Origin: an uncultured Acidobacteriota bacterium
Lineage (GTDB): Bacteria; Acidobacteriota; Thermoanaerobaculia; UBA5066; DATFVB01
Assembly (NCBI GenBank): GCA_963813155.1
Contig: CAWEYG010000003.1
Coordinates: forward strand, 256,001 to 320,000
DNA: 64,000 nucleotides
Reading direction: 5' to 3'
Part shown: in pieces, positions 58,652 through 64,000 of the stretch
How the letters are laid out: every line of letters begins with the position of its first letter
Numbering within the stretch: position 1 is the first letter of the stretch
The notes under the pieces: generated by a model
The model's database searches: none
What the model saw: only the letters and a program-made list of their open reading frames with translations
Told to the model about the DNA's origin: nothing
Translations under genes and position numbers: made by a program

Positions 58652-58958
58652 CGGGCCGGGTCCACCACTCGGGGCACGGGGACGAGGCCGTGGACGAGCT
58701 GGCCGGCGTTCGCCTCGAGCTCCTGCGGCCGGTGCCGGCCGTGGGCTCGTCCAGGCGAAGCGTCGTTTCGGAAGGCAGGGACGGTTCGGGCAGCTCGGAA
58801 TCCGGAATTTCCCTCAGTTTCCGCACGTGCTCGACGATCCGCTCCATCTGCTCGCCCCAGCGCCCGAGGCTTCCGGCGTCGATCCGGAGGCGCGCCAGCC
58901 GGGCGACGCGCTGGATGCCTTCGGGGGACAGGAAGACATCTTCGGCGTCGCCTCGCAT
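58648..58958 (-). CDS. gatC: Glu-tRNA(Gln) amidotransferase subunit C (frameshift)
   Basis: RVARLARL..IVEHVRKL..LRLDEP..VPRVV, immediately upstream of gatA. Confidence 0.75.
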
Positions 58959-58999
58959 GGCGCTCATTGTAACCTCTTCGCCGCGGAGGAAGACAATTC

Positions 59000-60197
59000 C
59001 GGGAACGAAGAAGCTCGAGAAGATCGTTCGCGCGTTCGCGCGCCGGCAGCCCGGGAACCCGGTCTACCTCGTCGGCGGCGCCGTGCGCGACCGGCTGCTG
59101 GGACTCCCCGTGTCCGATTTCGATTTCGCCGTCGCCCGGGGCGAGGCGGACCTCGCGCGCGGGAGCTCGAGGGGGCCGGCTTCGGACGGGCGGTTCGAAT
59201 TTCTCCGGAGTCGTCGCCCGTTTCCGTCTGGCGTCTCGCGGGGCGCGGCTTGACCGCGGACATCGCCCGTTTCGAAAAGGACGGGTCGATCGAGGACGAT
59301 CTCGCGCGGCGCGATTTCACGGCGAACGCGATCGCGCGGGACGTCGTCTCGGGGCGCCTCGTCGATCCTTTCGGCGGCCGGGCGGACATTCGCCGGAAAC
59401 GAATCCGGATGATCGCGCCGGCCAACCTCGACGCCGACCCGATCCGGATCCTTCGCGCCTACCGCCTCGCCGCCGCGCTCGGATGGACGATCGCACCGCG
59501 GACCCGCTCGGCGATTGCGGCGACGATCCGCGACTCTGGCGGCCGAGGCGAAAGAGCGGATTCGCGGCGAGCTCGTGCGGCTCTTCGGCGCGCGGAGAGC
59601 CTCGCGGCCGATCGCCTGGGCCTCCCGCGACGGCGTTCTCGCGGCCTGTCTCGGCCTGCCGGCAGCCTCGCCGGCGGCGATCGCGCGGCTGCTCTCCCCG
59701 TTCGACGCGCCGCGCCTCGAAGAACGGCTGCGATTTCCCTTCCGTCTCGCGACGCTGATCTTTCGTTCCGGCGGCGCCTCGGAAAACGTCGGGGCAGACC
59801 TCGTGAACCGCGGCTTCTCGCGATCCGAGGCCTCCGCCGTCGCCACGGCAGCTCGCTTTCTCGCGGCCGCGTTCTCCGGCGAGATCGGCCCCGCGGGTCC
59901 TCTTCGAGTTTCGCGAACAGTGGAAGGACCTCCGGGTTCTCCTTCGCCTCGCGGCGAGAAACGCGAAAGAAGAGAAGAGGGCGCGCGCGCTCGCGGCTCG
60001 CGCCCGGCGGTGCGATTTCGGACCGGCGCCGGTCGACGGGCGGCGACATCGCCCGCTGGCTCGCGATTCCGCCGGGGCAACGCCTGGGCCGCGCGCTCGG
60101 TCACGCGGCTTTTCTGCATTTCACCGGGGAAGCGCGAACCCGCGCGGAGATCGAGCGGGCCGTGCGGTCGTTTGACGGGGCGCGGGCGGAGGAGTAA
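59000..60197 (+). CDS. CCA-adding enzyme / poly(A) polymerase family nucleotidyltransferase (frameshifted; start approximate)
   Basis: YLVGGAVRDRLLG..DFDF, DLARRDFTANAIA, DPFGGRADI, DPIRILRAYR and ERIRGEL motifs. Confidence 0.8.
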
Positions 60198-60219
60198 TCT
60201 GCCCGGAAGGGAGGGGTGC

Positions 60220-61659
60220 GTGGATCTTTCCGAACTCCTCAAGTTCACCACAAAGAAAGGCGCGTCGGACCTGCACCTGAAGCCGATGCGGCCGCCGCTC
60301 CTGCGATTGAACGGGAAGATGGTCCCTCTCAAGACCGAACCGATGAGCCCGAAGGTCCTGGAAGAGATGCTCCTCCCGATCCTGACGCCCGTTCAGCGCG
60401 AGAGGCTCGGAGCGCGACTTCTCCGTCGACATCGGGTACGGCCTTCAAGGCGTCGCGCGTTTCCGCTGCAACATTTTCACCCAGCGCGGGTCGTACGCGG
60501 CCGCGTTCCGCCGCATTCCCTTCACGCTTCCGACGATCGACGAGCTCGAGCTCCCGGAGGTGCTGAAGTCCTTCGCGCACCTCCCCGGCGGCCTCGTCAT
60601 CGTCACGGGCCCGACCGGCTCGGGAAAATCGACGACGCTCGCCGCGATCATGCGCGAGATCACCGAGAAGCGCCCGGTTCACATCGTGACGATCGAGGAC
60701 CCGATCGAGTATCTCCTCTCCGACGGCCTCGCCGCGGTGTCGCAGCGGGAAGTGGGCACCGACACGCCCTCGTTCCACGAGGCGCTGCGAAACATGATGC
60801 GGCAGGATCCGGACGTCATCATGGTCGGCGAGATGCGCGACTGGGAGACTATGCAGACGGCGATCACCGCGGCGGAGACGGGTCACCTCGTCTTCTCGAC
60901 CCTCCACACGAACAACGCGGCGCAGTCCATCGACCGCCTGATCGACTCCTGTCCGGGTAGCCTCCAGAAACAGGTGCGCGACCAGCTGGCGCTGGTGCTT
61001 CGCGCGATCGTTTCCATGAAGCTCGTCGAGCGCGCGGACGGCAAGGGCCTGACGGCCGTCGTGGAAATCATGATCAACTCGCCGAAGATCGCGAAGCAGG
61101 TCGAGCTCGGCGAGACGAAAGACATCCTGGACGAAATCGAGTCGTCGGTGGGCTACCGGATGCAATCGATGAACCAGTCGCTTCTCGCGCTTCTCGTTCA
61201 CCAGAAGATCTCGTACGAGAAGGCAATGGAGATCTCGACCGACCCCGAGGACCTTTCGCTGAAGCTGCGCAAGCTGTTTCCGCAGATCGAGGAATCTTTC
61301 CGAGGAGGAAAAATGTCGTTCAACGATTTTTCCATCGTCACCGGGCTCATGGATACCCAGAAGCTCTACGACGAGCAGGAAGAGAAGTGGAAGATGCGGG
61401 TCGCCGAATTTCAGGAGGAAGTCGGCCGGCTTCGCCAGGAAGTCGAGGACCAGCGCCGGCTCATGGACGCGAAGACGAAGGGCTACGCGGACCTGGAAGC
61501 CGAGACCTCGCGGCTGCGCGGCGAGGCGGACCGGATCCAGAAGGACGCCGCCAGAAGATCGCGGCGCTCAACGACCGCATCAAGCAGCTCAACGCGCAGC
61601 TCGCCGACGTTGCGGGAGCCCGGAAAGCCACCGCGACCGAAGGGTTTTTCAAGAGGTAG
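60220..61659 (+). CDS. PilT/PilU type IV pilus retraction ATPase with C-terminal coiled-coil extension (frameshifts)
   Basis: GASDLHL, GPTGSGKSTT, TIEDPIE, RQDPDVIMVGEMRD and AETGHLVFSTLH motifs. Confidence 0.85.
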
Positions 61660-61740
61660 GCGCTCGACGCCCGGTTACCCGCAAGGACAACCAGACCCGC
61701 AGCCTTTCCGGCCGCTATGGAAACGAGCGCCGTGAGTCCG

Positions 61741-63821
61741 TCAAATCGACAGTCCAACGTCGCCTTCGAGCACCGATGTCTTCAGCTGCGGGCGCTCTCC
61801 GCTCTTCCACAGCGCAGCCGTGTGTAAGACCCGATACCGGAGTGGCCCGCCGTCCGGTTTTTCGCTGCGCGTAATGGGGCGCGGGATGCAGACAAACTCG
61901 GTGCGCATCTCATCGGCCGACAATCGGACCTTCGCATAGCCGTGTCCTCCCAGATCGACGAACTCGAGGTGCGGAGCCAGATCCGGGTTGGACAGCGACC
62001 GGGCGCGCTTGCAGGTCGAAGCTCTTGGCATATTCGAGGCACGAACGGACGCCGTGCTTCAGCAGCATGTTGTAAGGTCCAGTCCGGCTTCGCGCCGTCC
62101 CTGCCTGTCGGCGAGGAACAGAGGCTCGCAGCGGAGCGTCCTTCGGAAGATTGTGCTCATAGGCTTCCATGGGGCCGGGGCTGGTGAGTGACGCGCCGAC
62201 GAAGCTCAAGCCGACCGGCTCGAACTTGCCGGGCGGAAGTTCCGCGGTCGCGTATCCGGCCCAGAAGCTGTGGCGATCGCCCGAGACGATGGCGAAGCCG
62301 GTGATCTTCGCGTCGCGCACGAGATCGTAGATCTCGGCGCGCTCTGCGTAGGCCGTGCCGTAGTCAGCGTGGGCCCATGGTTGCGTAACCGTCGTCTTTC
62401 GGCCACGACTCCTTGGTGAGACCCGGCGGCAGGTTCTGCGGGTCGGCGCGCTCATCGAGCGCGCCCTCCGAGTTGCGCCCAGATTTTCCACGTCGCGGTC
62501 GAGCTCTTGAGCTGGTCCTTGAACCACGCCTTCTGCTCCGCGCCGAGAATCGTTTGCGGCGGCGCGTTGCGTTGCGGATTGGGAACATGCGCATCGTTGA
62601 ACGCTGACTTCCGCCGGCGGATTGCCGCCGTTGAAGGCACGCCCGCCGTCGAGAATCTGCATCATCGACTCAGGAGACATGTCCGATGAACTCGTCGCCG
62701 CCGAGCTTCGCGAGAGACGGGATCGCTGAAGCGGGTCGGCGCTCCGATAGCTGTGCTGGTCGGTGATGATCAGGTCGAGGTGCCGGCCGTAGCGGAAGCG
62801 CCCGGTAGCCCTTGAGGCTGTTGATCGCCGTCAGGTTGTTCGGCTCGACCCCCAGGCCATCGCTGTCCCACTTGTCGATCGGGACGTTCTTCACCGCGGG
62901 TGGATCGAAGCTGCTCGAGCGATCCGCTTGGCGGCAGACGCGAGCGGGAGATATTCGAACCAGGCCTGATTCGCCGCGACCTTGACGGTCTGGCCCGGGA
63001 CTCGAACTTCGGCGTCTTGACGATGCTTTGCCAGCCCTGCCACGAGAATTCGTGGTTGTCCCAGATGGCGACGAACGGCCAGCGCGCGCGAGCGTCCTGG
63101 AGGTCGGGGTCGGCGAGATAGCCTTTGTAGACGGCCCGGTAGCCATCGACGGTCAGCGGGATGTGGAAGTTGCCGACCTTTTGGCTGTCTCGTCGGATAA
63201 CCGCGCGACCTCGTAGATCGTGCGGTCGTAGCGCGTCTTCACCTCGTCGGGATACTCGACCACCTCGTAGATGAAATCGCCGAGGTGCAGGACGAAATCG
63301 AGCTGCTCGGCGGCGGGAGCGCGTTCGTCTTCGTAGATCATCCGGCGATAGGCGTTGAGCTTGCCCTCGTTGACATCCTGACAGCTCACGAACGCGAAGT
63401 TCACGGGGCGCGGATCGTTGGGCAACGGCGCCGTGATCGTGCGGCCGACCCGGCTGCCGTTGCCGTCGGCGTCGGTAAACCGATACCAGTAAGTGCGCGC
63501 CGGCTTGAGTCCGCCGATCAGAACGCGCGCGGTCCAGTCCGCGACGCTCGAGACCGGCGCCTGCGCGTGCGCAATGACTCGGCGGAATGCCTCATCCTCG
63601 GCGACCTCGACGGTCAGGAGCTGGCGCGTGCCCTCGGCAAACGGACGCCTCGTCCACAGGATGACGCTGTGCGGATCGGGATCGCCCGAGGCGACCCCTT
63701 GGGGATAGAGATCACGCCGCTCACGCCAGTGGACACGCGAACCTCGAGCCGGCCCGACCCACGCGAGCGAAGCACCCATTGCGGCTGCAGATTTGAGAAA
63801 GGATCGGCGGCTGATCTTCAT
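61741..63821 (-). CDS. phoD: Tat-exported alkaline phosphatase D family protein (many frameshifts)
   Basis: MKISRRSFLK, GVASGDP, VILWTR, LHLGDFIYE, WDNHE (from DNA) and SGDRH motifs. Confidence 0.85.
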
Positions 63822-64000
63822 CGTCTCACTCCGTCCGGGCGAACGCCCGCCAGAACAGGTACGTACTCTACGCTCGTAAGTTGGGGCGTTGCTGTCAGAA
63901 TCCTGCGATGATAGCCTAGCTAATCCTCCGAGATGGCAGTCGTGAAGCTGTGTGGGGCCGAACGGAAGTCACACGTTATTCAGCCCGGGTGAAGGGCGGA

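Overview
GC-rich bacterial chromosomal segment. Gene content suggests Acidobacteriota, but this is inference only. Many single-base indels split otherwise intact genes, typical of an unpolished long-read assembly. Most of the window is housekeeping, metabolic or envelope genes. Two things stand out. (1) A near-canonical XerC/XerD dif site (2793-2820) lies immediately downstream of a parA-parB operon. (2) A complete chromosomal integron: intI (39128-40120) points toward its array, attI crosses over at 40310/40311, and 16 gene cassettes are bounded by 16 attC sites up to 47962. Cargo includes three TonB C-terminal-domain proteins, many small membrane proteins, DUF3024 and an inverted toxin-antitoxin pair. 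The most unusual signal is a translational grammar in the array. Almost every attC is crossed by a short ORF in one fixed frame. That ORF starts on or beside the stop codon of the upstream cassette gene and ends on or beside the start of the next cassette gene, or fuses into it. attI supplies an ATG exactly at the crossover in the same frame, and all attC internal lengths are multiples of three. This looks like a shuffle-proof ribosome relay through the array.
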